64,000 bases of DNA, taken from the NCBI GenBank assembly GCA_965153355.1, contig OZ231126.1:38006001-38070000 (forward strand), read 5' to 3'. This stretch comes from Flaccisagitta enflata. Taxonomy: Eukaryota. Positions 1-14,306 of this stretch are shown piece after piece. The notes under the pieces are model-generated. The model was not told the origin of the DNA, did not search any database, and saw only the letters and a program-made list of their open reading frames with translations. Each line of letters opens with the position of its first letter. The first letter of the stretch is position 1. Position numbers and translations under genes: made by a program.

Positions 1-730
1 GGTAGCACGAAATACTGGTCCTCAACGCTGTGGTGTTTAAGTCTCAACCAAAGAAAAAAAGTGGTTGCGGTTTCCTCCTCCATTTCAATGTTGCAAATGC
101 ATAAAGTAGCAGTGATGAACATGATAGCTTTCAATGTTCATAAGCTAGCATAATATAGCCTTAAAACAACCATTGATTTGTTAACAATGCAAGAATCGAA
201 TCGACAGTGTATTAGATGCTATTGGGGGCCATCGAAACATGGAAGATATTGTATGTTCAAATTTCCTACGCCATGCGCTGAATATGACAGACTTCTTTTG
301 AACACAAAACTTGCTGTCTTCAAGATTCTTAATTTTGTATATTACTGAGGCTGTTTTTGGTCATCATAATTTTTTGTATCAAAGTAAAATTCTATCAGAT
401 TATGTAATTTTTTTTACTTTTTTGTACTAAAAGTAAGTCAATTATATATTAATAATATATTCTTTTATATAAATCATAACCAATTTTGCTGATATCCCTA
501 ATTTATAGCTAAATTTTGTTGTAATTTGTAAACAGAAGCAGATTTTGCATTGAAATTTTTACTGATGACATATCTAAAGTACTTATATTACCTAGTTCAA
601 TCAATTTTATCTGTTGCAAATGTTCATTTTTGAACCTCTGTGAAACACAAATGTTGCCTTCCCAGGATCGCCGTCCTAAGCAATTCTGACTCTTCGATTC
701 AGCGATGAAATGGGAGAAAACTTGTTGCAG

Positions 731-1690
731 GTCCTCATCGTGATCGTCGTCATCTCCATCAACATCATTGTCTTCTTCTTCGTCATCGTCGTCATCTCCA
801 TCAACATTATTGTCTTCTTCTTTGTCATCGTCGTCATCTCCATCAACATCATTGTCTTCTTCTTTGTCATCGTCGTCATCTCCATCAACATCATTGTCTT
901 GTTCTTCGTCATCGTCGTCATCTCCATCAACATCATTGTCTTCTTCTTCGTCATTGTCATCATCTCCATCAACATCATTGTCTTGTTCTTCGTCATCGTC
1001 GTCATCTCCATCAACATCATTGTCTTCTTCTTTGTCATCGTCGTCATCTCCATCAACATCATCATCTTCTTCTTCGTCATCGTCGTCATCTCCATCAACA
1101 TCATTGTCTTCTTCTTCGTCATCGTCGTCATCTCCATCAGCATCATTGTCTTCTTCTTTGTCATTGTCGTCATCTCCATCAACATCATCATCGTCGTCTC
1201 CTTCGTCATCGTCGTCATCTCCATCAACATCATCGTCTTCTTCTTCGTCATCGTCGTCATCTCCATCAACATCATTGTCTTCTTCTTCGTCATCGTCGTC
1301 ATCTCCATCAGCATCATTGTCTTCTTCTTCGTCATTGTCGTCATCTCCATCAGCATCATTGTCTTCTTCTTCGTCATCGTCGTCATCTCCATCAACATCA
1401 TTGTCTTCTTCTTCGTCATCGTCGTCATCTCCATCAACATCATTGTCTTCTTCTTCGTCATCGTCCTCATCTCCATCAACATCATTGTCTTCTTCTTCGT
1501 CATCGTCGTCATCTCCATCACCATCATTGTCTTCTTCTTCGTCATCGTCGTCATCTCCATCAGCATCATTGTCTTCTTCTTTGTCATTGTCGTCATCTCC
1601 ATCATCATCATCGTCGTCTCCTTCGTCATCGTCGTCATCTCCATCAACATCATCGTCTTCTTCTTCGTCATCGTCGTCATCTCCATCAAC
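731..1690. repeat. 42-bp minisatellite, about 23 copies
   Basis: Unit CGTCATCGTCGTCATCTCCATCAACATCATTGTCTTCTTCTT, seen as 14-aa periodicity in the ORF track. Confidence 0.95.
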
Positions 1691-1912
1691 GAGAGGCCTG
1701 ATTTGGGGCCAGAGAGGCCTGATTTGGGGTCAGAAAGGTGTGGTTTGGGGTCTGGCAGGCTTGATTGCGGGTCAGTGGGGCCTGATTTGGGGTCAGGGAG
1801 ACCTAGTTTGAGGCTTTGGGGGGCAGACAGACAGACGGACAGACAGACGGAAACCGGAGAAAATTGCCCTGTGTGGGATCATAGGTCATCGGCCCCTCCG
1901 GGGCTGCTGCCC
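1691..1912 (-). mobile_element. Truncated HINE-like family B element (5' end with 21-bp repeats)
   Basis: Ends ...ATCATAGGTCATCGGCCCCTCCGGGGCTGCTGCCC, like 10020-10055, with a GACA/GACG microsatellite and GAGGCCTGATTTGGGG repeats. Confidence 0.7.
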
Positions 1913-2156
1913 AACAGAGATCCGAAGCCAACTGATCAATACAATAAGCCACCGAGATCAAACGAGGCCTCATACATCCTCCACGTTGTCCTCGGCGGTG
2001 TACCCTGATTTCCGGACAGGAATATATGTCTAGGGTTGAATTATGGCTTGTTCGCTTGTCAGCTCCCAGAGTTTCCCACTCTCTGCTCGCTGGATTCCAA
2101 TCCTTGTTATATGGCTGTACATCCATGAGCGAAAAAATCAGTTTTCTCCAATTTTT

Positions 2157-2299
2157 AGTCGCGGACACGCAACTCTACACCTTGCCGTGTCGGTCGGTCG
2201 GTCTGTCGGTAAAGTAACATTTTTGAATTCCGAGTGGTTTTTGCGCTATTGCTCCTGCCCAACCGTCCGCGACTGGATTGCCGTGTATCCGGCCTTGTT
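2157..2299 (+). mobile_element. HINE/DINE-1-like non-autonomous Helentron, family A
   Basis: 5' AGTCGCGGAC with matching 3' GTCCGCGACT, GTCG microsatellite, 3' hairpin GCCG-TGTATC-CGGC then CTTGTT, inserted in a T-run. Confidence 0.8.
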
Positions 2300-2646
2300 C
2301 CAACTAAAAACTAGGATAATCCTGCTAATAGTCGAAAGCGGGAAGGTGAAGTACATAATACTGACACCGCTCGCGGCTTGCGGTTTGTGGATTAACGGAC
2401 GAACGGACGAATGAGGGGAAGGAAATAGTGTACATATAATGACTGTGCTCACTACTAAAATCTATTGCCGTAATCGTTGAAACTAGTGTATATATCGTTC
2501 TAGCGATGGCGAAGGAAGTAGTGGTGTTGACGAAGCTGTCCTCCGAGAGGACTTTTGCGTGTTCAAACAAGAATCAGGTCTCGAGAGAGAAAAAAGAACA
2601 AATCGTCTCCGGATGTTCTTCATAGGTTCTAATCGTTGGCCACGGC

Positions 2647-2725
<79 letters not shown>

Positions 2726-3077
2726 ATTTTTCACTTACTTCCTTTCTTCCTTTTATCCTTTCACTCATTCTTTCATTAAACAGCCAATAAACTTTAAGAC
2801 TGCTGTGGCTATTTTTAAATTGCGTGAATTACCAATTTTCGTCGTCTTTTAAGTTGTTTACTCATCTTTCTCGCAGCTCCCAAGTTGTCATTTTTAAATG
2901 TCTTTAAATTACCACTTTAACACCCCCCTCCTTTCCCCCCCTAAATTTCCTCTCTTTGTACTTTAGAATAAAACTTCCAACTAAAAAAGTAGAAGCGATG
3001 CTCGAATTAAGCGGGTTGGTGCCGCAAAACCGCATCAAAACGATTTGCTTTCTGATAATTTCATTTGTCTTTCACAG

Positions 3078-3193
<116 letters not shown>

Positions 3194-3449
3194 GAGTGAG
3201 AAAATTGTTGGCGATTTTCACACGATGTCTATTTTCACTTTTTCTCTCATTTTTCTTTGAATTTTCACTTTTTTCGGTCTTAATTTGGTTCCATTTGTCT
3301 ACGCTTTATGCTTCTTCAGATTTCTCTTTCTTTCTTTCTCAATTTTTCGACTCTTGGCTTTCCTCACTTTTCCCGCTTACCTCCGTCGTCTCTCTATCTG
3401 TCTTTCTTCCGAGGTTTTGTCTTTATCTCTCTGGTTCCTGTGCCTTTTT

Positions 3450-3582
3450 AGTCGCCGACACGCAACTTTATAAGAGGCTTTGTCCGTCCGTTGGTCCCTC
3501 GGTCTGTTGGTCCGTTGGTCCGACCGTCATGCTCGAGTTGAGAACGCGAAAAACGCGCATACGATGCTGCAGTTGTCATCGA

Positions 3583-3669
<87 letters not shown>

Positions 3670-3945
3670 AAGGGTGTTGGGGTGAGGCTGGGGGTTGGCT
3701 GCCCCTGCCCACCCGTCCACAACAATATTTTGACCCCGCGTCACTTATTTGTTGTTGACACGCGACTCTACACCTTGTCATCCGTCCAGTCGGTTGGTCG
3801 ATCCGTTGGAAATATTGTTGAAGTTGGTCTTTTTTGGTCATTGTAAGATACGTAAATGTGAAATACGGTTGTACTGTAGTTTTGTAGTGGTGTAGTACTG
3901 CCCCTGCCCAACCGTCCGCGACTTTTGCCCTATGTTGGGCTTGTT
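3450..3945 (+). mobile_element. Two adjacent HINE family A copies
   Basis: Two 5' palindromes, with 3' hairpins TGAC-CCCGC-GTCA and GCCC-TATGTT-GGGC. Confidence 0.7.
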
Positions 3946-3985
3946 CTGTTTCAACTGCTTTCGCATTTGTCTCCCTGTCTTCGTA

Positions 3986-4600
3986 CCGGGTGATCAGCCG
4001 GAAGTGAGTAAATCTTTTTGAACGCTGAGACTGAACAATTGATAGTTGAAACTTGGGCAATAGTTTATAATAAAAAAAATTAATGAACATTTACTTTAAG
4101 CCAAAGTTGGATATTGTAGCCCAAAAGGCTTGCAAGTGATGGCTGTGGATGCTTTTTTCCAAGATCGGAATTGCTGCTAAAATTAGAGTAACTTGGACGA
4201 TTGACTTTTTCCCATTCACGCAATGTCTTTGGTGTTTTAAGTATATCTGTCGATTGAGTACAGCTAAAATCCGTTTTTTGGTGCCAACTGGACAAGTTTT
4301 AATCCAGTTTTGAAAAGAAAATCATAAGAACTGTAATTTCTTATCCCAAATGTCTCTACTCAAAATGAAATGACTCGACATTGGACGAGGATTCTGCGCA
4401 AAACTGCACCATTTTTCCAAATCGACTTCTACTGAAACATAACTTAGAAGGCTGTTTCTTTAACATTATGGGGTTATTTCTTTTTATATAAGCAAACATT
4501 CAGCAATATCCTTCAATTCTAGACCATCCCCAACTAATTTCCTTTTGTGGTTTGAAAGTAATGGCATCATACATTTACTCAATTCCGACTGATCACCCGG
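3986..4600. mobile_element. Tc1/mariner-type MITE
   Basis: TIR CCGGGTGATCAGYCGGAAKTGAGTAAAT with TA on both sides. Confidence 0.85.
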
Positions 4601-4732
4601 TATTGCAGTATCTGCTAACATTTCAGTCGCTACCGCGGCCCAAATGCTTGATTAGCATTTTTTTATCACTACCCCCGCCCACCCGTAAGCAACTTGGATA
4701 GCCGGGTATCCGGCCTTGTTTTCTCTCTTTTA

Positions 4733-4836
<104 letters not shown>

Positions 4837-4990
4837 TCTTACTGGATGTTATGCGAATTGAAAAGAAGAAATATACGCAAGGAGAAAAACGAGTTGCTTT
4901 ATAATGAGAAAACCGTAGAAAAGACAGAGAAAAAGGTTTTGAACATAAGGGAAGGGGGGTGTGGTAGAGAGAATAGGCGAGAGGCAAAAA

Positions 4991-7003
4991 AACAAGGCCA
5001 ACACCTATAAGTCGCGTGCGAGACTTACTTAATTATATAATCGCCTAATTATAGAAGAACATTATTTTCTGTAATGACGATAATGAAAATAATTACCTAT
5101 TGACCTATAATTGCCTATAATGACCTATAATTACCCATAATTAAATAATGACCAGTTGAACCCCGCTCTAACGGATTTCAGGGGACCAATAGTTTTCTTC
5201 TGATATAGGCGGACTTCTGTTATTGCCAACAAAGGAAATAAAAGAAATTAACTAGAAGGGATCATGAATTTATGTCTGTTATATGCGGAGTTCCGTTGGT
5301 GGCGGGTCCATTAGAGCGGGGTTCAACTGTATAAGTACCTATGACGAACTATGATTACCTATAATTACATATGGACCAATGATTACCTATAATGACGTAT
5401 GATTATCCATAATTACCCATAATTACCAATAATAACATAATGACCTATAATTACCTATAATGACCTATGATTACCTATAATTACCTATAATTACCCATAA
5501 TTAAATAATGACCTATAAGTACCTATAAAGACCTATGATTACCTATAATTACATATGGACCAATAATTACCTATATTGACCTATGATTACCCATAATTAC
5601 CTATTATAACATAATGACCTATAATTACCTATAATGAGCTATGATTACCTATAATTACCTATAATTGCATTATGACCTATAATTACCCATAATTACCTAT
5701 GATTAGCTATAATTACCTATAACTGAATAATGACCTATAATTACCTAAAATTATCTATTGACATATAATTACCTATAATGACCTATAATTACCTATTATT
5801 ACTTATAATTACATAATGACCTATAATTGCCTTTAATGACCTTTAATTACCAATAAAAATTACCTATAATGACCTATAATTACCTATACTTACAAAATGA
5901 CCTTTAATCACCTATAATTACCTATAATTACCTATATCATTATCTATAATCACGTAATGACCTATAATTGCCAATAATGACCTAAAATTGCATAATTACC
6001 TATAATTACCTATTATGACCTATAATTACCTATAATTACAAAATGACCTATAATTATCTATAATTACCTATAATGGCCTATAATTTCCTATAATTACCTA
6101 TGATTACCTATGATTACATACTGACCAATAATGACCTATAATTGTATAATAACCTATAACAACCTATAATGACCTATGATTACCTATAATGACATATAAT
6201 TGCATAATAACCTATAATTGCATGATAACCTATAATTACTTATAATCACCTATAATGACCTATTATTACCTATAATTACCTATAATTACCTTTAATTACC
6301 TGTAATTACCTATAATTACCTATAATGACTTATAATTGCATAAAAACCTATAATTACCTATAATGACCTATGATTACCTATAATGACCTATGGTTACCTG
6401 TAATTTCATAATGACCTATAATGACCTATAATCACCTATGATTACCCAAAATTGCATTATGACCTATAATTACCTATAATTATGTGAATAAAAATTGACT
6501 TATACTGCCTAAAATTGACTTATACAGAGCTAAACTGACTTAAATCGACTTGAAATTACTTAAAATGACTTAAAATGACCTATATTGACCTTAATTGACT
6601 AAAATTCAATAATGACCCAAATGACTTAATTTGACTTAAATTTGACATAAAATGACTTAAATTGACTTATACTGCCTTAAATTGACTTATACTGAGTTAA
6701 ACTGACTTAAATTGACTTGAATTTACTTAAAATGACTTAAAATGACCTAGATTGACTTAAATTGACTAAAATTCGATAATGACTCAAATGACTTGATTTG
6801 ACTTAAAGTGACTTAAAATGACTTAGAATGACTTAAAATGATTTAAAATGATATAATTTGACTCAGAATCACTTAATTGACTTAAAATGACTTGATAGGA
6901 ATAAAACGAATAAAAAAAGTAAAATGGGGACCAACCAACCGACCGACCAACCGACCAACCGACGGACGGACAAAGCGGGGTATAGAGTCGCGTGCACGCG
7001 ACT
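4991..7003 (-). mobile_element. HINE family A copy with a ~1.8-kb internal 10-bp tandem array
   Basis: 5' palindrome AGTCGCGTGCACGCGACT at ~6986-7003 and 3' end AACAAGGCCAACACCTATAAGTCGCGTGC at 4991. The array shifts from AATTACCTAT/AATGACCTAT to AATGACTTAA. Confidence 0.8.
5153..5329. mobile_element. pogo/Tigger-like MITE inserted in the 10-bp array
   Basis: TIR CAGTTGAACCCCGCTCTAA; TA present on the right only. Confidence 0.8.
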
Positions 7004-9055
7004 AAAAAGGGAAAACACTATTACCAGAGCTGAAGAGAATGAAGGATAGAAGAGACGAAACGAAAAACAAGTTATAATGAAAGACAGTAAAACCGTCACA
7101 TGCACGAGTTGGGCTAGCTGCATTATTTCTAGTCGCAAAAAAAAAATGACCTGGCAGGCTAAAAAAGGGTCAAACTTGTGTAAAAAAACCTGGGGAATCC
7201 AATCGTGGTACTTTCAGAGCCCTAAGAGTGTCCGGCTAGAAATGGCCTAAAAAAAAAAACCAAAAAATGGCTATTTTTGGGTATTTTTGGCAATTTTTTT
7301 TTTTTTTTAGATGGAGGCCAACAGTTTTAATTCATAGCTGGGGATGCATCATGAAGTAATATAAAAGAAAAATAATAATCATGACATTGGGGCTATCGTG
7401 GGGTTCCTAAAAGAGCCCCAAAAGGGCCCCTAATGCAAAAAATAAATATTTTTTTTTATTGTGGCTACAAAAATAGTTGGATTCCCTTCAAATTTGAAAT
7501 GGAAGTTCCTAATTATTGCAACTACCATCATGCAAAATTTTGTGGCCCTCCCTGAAGGGCTTCATAGGGAAATTTGGCCCCAAATACCAAAAAGCGCTTT
7601 TAAAAAATCATGTTTTTGAGTTCATTGACCTCAAAACGTTATTTAAAAGTCATAGAACCCCAATAACTTTTCAGACCATATTTCTAAAAAATGGCTGAGA
7701 TGTGACCATTTTTAGTGACGTGGTAAAACTGAAAAACGCCGAAGAAATTAGAAAAATATTAATCATGATGGTGGGGCTACTTTGGGGTACCTAAAATGGC
7801 CCAAAAAGGGCCCCTAATGCAAAAATAAATAGTTTTTTATTCATTGTGGCTACAAAAATAGTTGGATTCCCATAAAATTTGAAATGGAAGTTCCTAATTA
7901 ATGCAACTACCAGCATAAAATTTGTGGCCCTCCCTGAATGGCTTCATAGGGAAATTTGGCCCTAAATCACTTTAAAAAAATCATGTTTTTGAGTTCATTG
8001 ACTTAAAAACATTCTCATAAAGTCACAGAACCCCAATTACTTTTCTTATTTCTAAAATATAACATCTTAAGAGCTTCCAAAAAAATTTCAGATCATATTT
8101 CCAAAAAATGGCTGAGATATTACCATTTTAAGTGACCTGGTAAAACTGAAAAACGCTGAAAATGTTTATTTTTTTGTATATTTTGAAAAAATTGGGTGAT
8201 AAAGTGACCCCCAACAGTTTGAATTCAATGTTGGGGGTGCTTCATGATGAAAGGTCTAGGAATAAAAGAATCACGATGGTTTTTCTTAAATAGGGTATCT
8301 GATATTGCCCAAAAAGGGCCTCTAAAGCAAAACATTATTTTTAGGCGCGTGCACGCGACTCTACAACCCGCTTTGTCCGTTGGTCGGTAGTAGGTCAGTT
8401 GGTTGGTCACAAAATTTTTCCTGCTGGTAGTTGCAGTAATTTGGAAATTCCATTTGAAATTTCTGGGGAATCTGACTATTTTTGTAGCCACTATAAATAA
8501 AAACTACAAATCTCTAGCATTGGGGGCCCTTTTTGGGCCCTTTTAGGTACCCCACAGTAGCCCCACCATCATGATTATTATTTTTTTGATGGATTACATC
8601 ATGAAGCGCCCCCAACAATAAATTCAAACTGTTAGGAGCCACTTTTCTACCAAGATTTAGCCAAATATACCCAAAGATAAACATTTTCGGCGTTTTTAAG
8701 TTTTACCATGTCACTTAAAATAGTGACATCTCAGCCATTTTTTGGAAATATGATCTGAAATTTTTTTTGGAAGCTCTTAAGATGTTATATTTTAGAAATA
8801 GGAAAAGTAATTGGGGTTCTGTAACTTTTTAAGAATGTTTTTAAGTCTATGAACTCAAAAACATGATTTTTTAAAGCGATTTCGGGTATTTAGAGCCAAA
8901 TTTCCCTATGAAGCCATTCAGGGAGGGCTACAAATTTTTTATTGCTGGTAGTTGCATTAATTAGGAACTTCCATTTCAAATTTTAAGGGAATCCGACTAT
9001 TTTTGTAGCCACAATGAATAAAAAACTATTTATTTTTGCATTAGGGGCCCTATTT

Positions 9056-10498
9056 CACAATATAGTTTGAGGGAAAATAACTGGACCCATTTTTGGTTTT
9101 GGACCCATTTTTTTTATCTTATTTTCATTGATTGGACCCATTTTTATTAGTCAGAGGACCCGTTTTTAAGAGACTTAGAAAATAAATAGTCGCAAAAGCG
9201 TTACATGGTCAGCGGTACCCGATGCCCCTATGTTAGTTTATTTTGTTATTAGATGATGAGTGGGGCAGCGGCCCCGGAGGGGCCAATGACCTATGATTCC
9301 ATGCTGGACAATTGCTGGGTCTTTTATACCTAATTTTGGGTCTAAATAGCCTGATTTGAGGTCTTAGTTGCCTGATTTAAGGTCTAAGATGCCTGATTTG
9401 AGGTTTGAGAGGTTTCAGAAGCTTGTTTTGGAGCTTAGAGGCCTGATCTTGGGTCTAATTCAGGGTTGGAGGCCTGTTTGTAGGCTGGGAAGGGCTGATG
9501 TGGCTCTGATAGGCCTAGTTTGAGGTCTCAAAGATCTGATTTTGGGTTTGAAAGGATTTGGATCTGAGAGAACTGAATTAAGTACTGAAATGCCTGAATT
9601 AGGGTCTGAGAGGCCTGATTTGAGGTCTGAATGGCCTGATCAGAGGCTCAAAAGGCCTGATAAGGGGTCTGTCAAGGCCTGATTTTAGATCTGAAAGGCC
9701 TGATTGGGGTTCTTAGAGGCCTGGTTAGGATTCAGGAAGCCTAATTTGAGGTCTGGAAAGCCTGACTTGGGGTCTGACAGGCCTGATTGAGGCTCTGAGA
9801 GGCCTAAATTGAGGTCTGGAAGGCCTGATTTGGGATCTAATAGGCCAGATTGAGGTCCTGAGAGGCCTAGATTGGGGTCTGGAAGCTCTGATTTTGGATC
9901 TGATAGGCCTGATTGGGGGTCTGAAAGGCATATTTTGAGGCCCAGGAGGTTATTTTCTAGGCTCGGGGGGGGGGGGGACAGACGGACGGATAGAAACTGG
10001 AAAATTTGCCCTATGTGGAATCATAGGTCATCGGCCCCTCCGGGGCCGCTGCCCTAAAACGGGTTCACTGACTGACAAAAACAGGTCCGTTCACCAAAAC
10101 AGGTCCGCAATCAATAGGTTATAATAAAAATATGCGGTAAAGCCATTTTTTAGGAAGCAATTTTCCTCATCACTGTACTGGTCTCACTATGCAGTGGTGA
10201 GTTATTCTCATGCATGATATTGAACAGAGCTCCTCTTTTTTCCACCAAGAGAACCCGTTCTGACTATAATAAAAAGGTGAATGGACCTGTTTTTTTTAGT
10301 CAGAGGACCCATTTTTCATGGACCCGTTTTTTGCACTTATGGGACCCGTTTTTCACGCTCATAGGACCCATCAGGTGAACCCATTTTTAACAGTCAGGGG
10401 ACCCGTTTTTACAGGTCCCTAATGTAAAAACAGGTCCTACAACCAAAAAATGGGACCCGTTTTTATCTATTGAGAAAACAAGTTTAAACTCGGTTGTG
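9056..10498. mobile_element. Non-autonomous Transib-like (CMC) element
   Basis: CACAA...TTGTG termini with a perfect 5-bp TSD TATTT (9051-9055, 10499-10503). It interrupts a foldback subrepeat seen intact at 8521 and carries GGACCC subterminal repeats. Confidence 0.75.
9186..10055 (-). mobile_element. Complete HINE-like family B element with 21-bp tandem array
   Basis: Inverted pair GGGCAGCGGCCCCGGAGGGGCCRATGACCTATGATTCCA at 9263 and ~10016-10054. The asymmetric tail (minus strand GGGCATCGGGTACCGCTGACCA) also occurs at ~33775 and ~60960. Confidence 0.75.
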
Positions 10499-11337
10499 TA
10501 TTTGGGCCCTTTTAGGTACCCCACAGTAGCCCCACCATCATGATTAATATTTTTCTAATGGATTACATCATGAAGCGCCTCCATCATTAAATTTAGACTG
10601 TTAGGAGCCACTTTTTTACCAAATTTAAGCCGAATATACCCAAAAATGATCATTTTTGGCGTTTTTCAGTTTTACCATGTCACTCAAAATGGTCATATCT
10701 CAGCCATTTTTTGGAAATATGGTCTGAAATCTTTTTTGGAAGCTCTTAAGATGTTATATTTAAGAAATAGGAAAAGTTATTGGGGTTCTATGACTTTTAA
10801 ATGACGTTTTGAGGTTAATGAACTTAAAAACATGATTTTAATTAAGCGATTTTTGGTATTTGGGGCCAAATTTCCCTATGAAGCCTATCAGGGAGGGCCA
10901 CAAAATTTTGCATGACCGTAGTTGCAATAATAAGGAACTTCCATTTCAAATTTGAAGGGAATCCAACTATTTTTGTAGCCACAATGAAAAAAACTATTTA
11001 TTTTTTGCATTAGGGGCCCTTTTGGGGCTCTTTTAGGTACCCCACGGTAGCCCCAACAACATGATTATTATTTTTCTTGTATATTACTTCATGATGCATC
11101 CTCAGCTATGAATCAAAACTGTTGGCCTCCATTTAGGAAAAAAAATTTTGCCAAAAATACCCAAAAATGGCTATTTTTAGGGGTTTTTGGGGGGCCGTTT
11201 CTAACCGGACACTCTTAGGGCTTTAAAAATACCACGGTTGGATTCCCCAGGTTTTTTTACACAAGTTTGACCCTTTTTTAGCCTGCCAGGTCAATTTTTT
11301 TTTTCAATGTAGCCCAGATCGTGCATCTGACGGAAAA

Positions 11338-12305
<968 letters not shown>

Positions 12306-12757
12306 AAAACAAAGACATAGGGACATAGGGACAGTCACATGAAAAAAACCGCCTTAAAAAATTCGAAAATCTGCTATGCGCAACATCTACTTAAAGGTGG
12401 TGCACATGGCCTTGTTTTCTTGTCTGTTTGCAGAAAAAAAAAAGATAAATAGATAAATAAATAAATAAAGTAGAAATAAGAATAAAACTGAGAGGAGAAT
12501 CAAAGAGAGAGTCTGAAAAAGAGACGGAGAAAATAAGAAGGAAGAGTAGAGGAACATGAAGTAAAAAAGATACCTGCAGCCAAATGATGATTTCATGACC
12601 TTTTTTATTCTTTTATTTCCTGACCTTGGAGAAGGAGGAGGGCAACCACTTTTTGCAACCACTTTTTCCCTTTCCTTCTGTTTCAATATTGTTTCCATGA
12701 TATCGATGCTGTCATCGTTATCATGACTGTCATCAATGCTACCTACTCGCACTGTCG

Positions 12758-13028
<271 letters not shown>

Positions 13029-13958
13029 GTCCTCCCCCCCTTCACCAAAAACCTCTAATCAGGCCTCCCAGACCATAAATCAAGCCCCTTTGACACTTGA
13101 TCAGACCTCTTAGACCCCATATGAGGCCTTCCAGACCCCAAATCAGACCTTCAAGAACTCAAATCAGGCCTCAGACCCCAAATCTGACCTCAGACCTCAA
13201 ATCAAATCATCAACGCTTAATCATCAGGCCTTTGATACCCCAAATCAAGCCTCTCAGATCTCAGATCATTTGTAAAAGTCCCCCCCAGCCCAAATCACTA
13301 CTATATGGCCTCCAATGAAGCTTCAAATCAGGCAGCCCAGACCTCAAATCGGGAGGGTCCAGTAGTCCTACAGTACTTAGTACTACCTCCCAGTAGTCCT
13401 AATGGTCCACTAGTACTATCAGCCACTAGTCCTCTTATCCACTAGTCCTACATTTCACTAGTCCTAAGGTTGTTTGAAGAGGAGTGTCAGTAGTCCTAAC
13501 ATACTACTCCCACTAGTCCTAAGGGATTTTGCCAAACAAAGTTCAGTAGTCCTAAGGCACTACTGCCAGTAGTCCTAACACACCACTGCCAGTAGTCCTA
13601 ACTCAGATTTGCCTCCCCTGCCAGTCAGGCAATCGTCAGATCTTCCTGCTGGATGATCCTTATCTTTGAGCTAGTTTCTGATGATCCCCCCCTAGTTTGA
13701 GATGATCCTTTCTATTTTCAAATAGAAATCAACTATTTATTAGTAAGTTTTAACAATTGTCTATGTTTTTAGTCCCTATCATTATGCAAGAAACCAAAGT
13801 TAATGGTTTTTAGTCATTTCTGGTCACCGTGAGTCATTTAAAGTCAATTTAAGTCATCTTAAGCTATGTCCCGCACGCGACTTAAAGGTGTTGGCCTTAT
13901 TAAGTATTAAGTAGGCCTTGAATAAGTGAAACAGTTGGCGTGAAACAGTTAAATTTTT

Positions 13959-14306
13959 AGTCGCGTGTACATGACTCTACAACCCGCTTTGTCCCTCCGT
14001 CTTTCTGTCCGTTGGTTCGTCAAACTTTACTTTTTTTATTACTTTAAGTTGTTTTTAGTCATTTTAGGTTATTATAAGTCACTTTTAGTCATTCTAAGTC
14101 ATTCTAAGTCATTATAAGTCATTTTAAGTCATATTAAGTTATATTGAGTCACTTAAGTCAATCAGGTCAATTTTGTCACTTAGGTCATTTTACATCATCT
14201 TTTTTCTTTTTATGTCATTTTAAGTCATTTAAAGTCATCCTAAGTCATTTTAAGCCATCTTGAGTTATGTATGTCCCACATGCGACTTATAGGTGTTGGC
14301 CTTGTT
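13959..14306 (+). mobile_element. HINE family A with AAGTCATTTT array
   Basis: 5' palindrome and 3' GCGACTTATAGGTGTTGGCCTTGTT. Confidence 0.8.

Larger units (their letters stand above)
7093..11333. mobile_element. 4.2-kb foldback-type element with long inverted arms built of 0.4-0.5 kb subrepeats
   Basis: Ends CCGTCACATGCACGAGTTGGGCTA / TAGCCCAGATCGTGCATCTGACGG. Arms match in inverted orientation for >1 kb and both flanks are A-runs. Confidence 0.85.

Noticed and set aside
676-2008. Long listed ORFs (poly-Ser, FVIV and MEMTT repeats)
   Set aside because: They are alternative frames of a 42-bp minisatellite that lacks stops, with no gene context.
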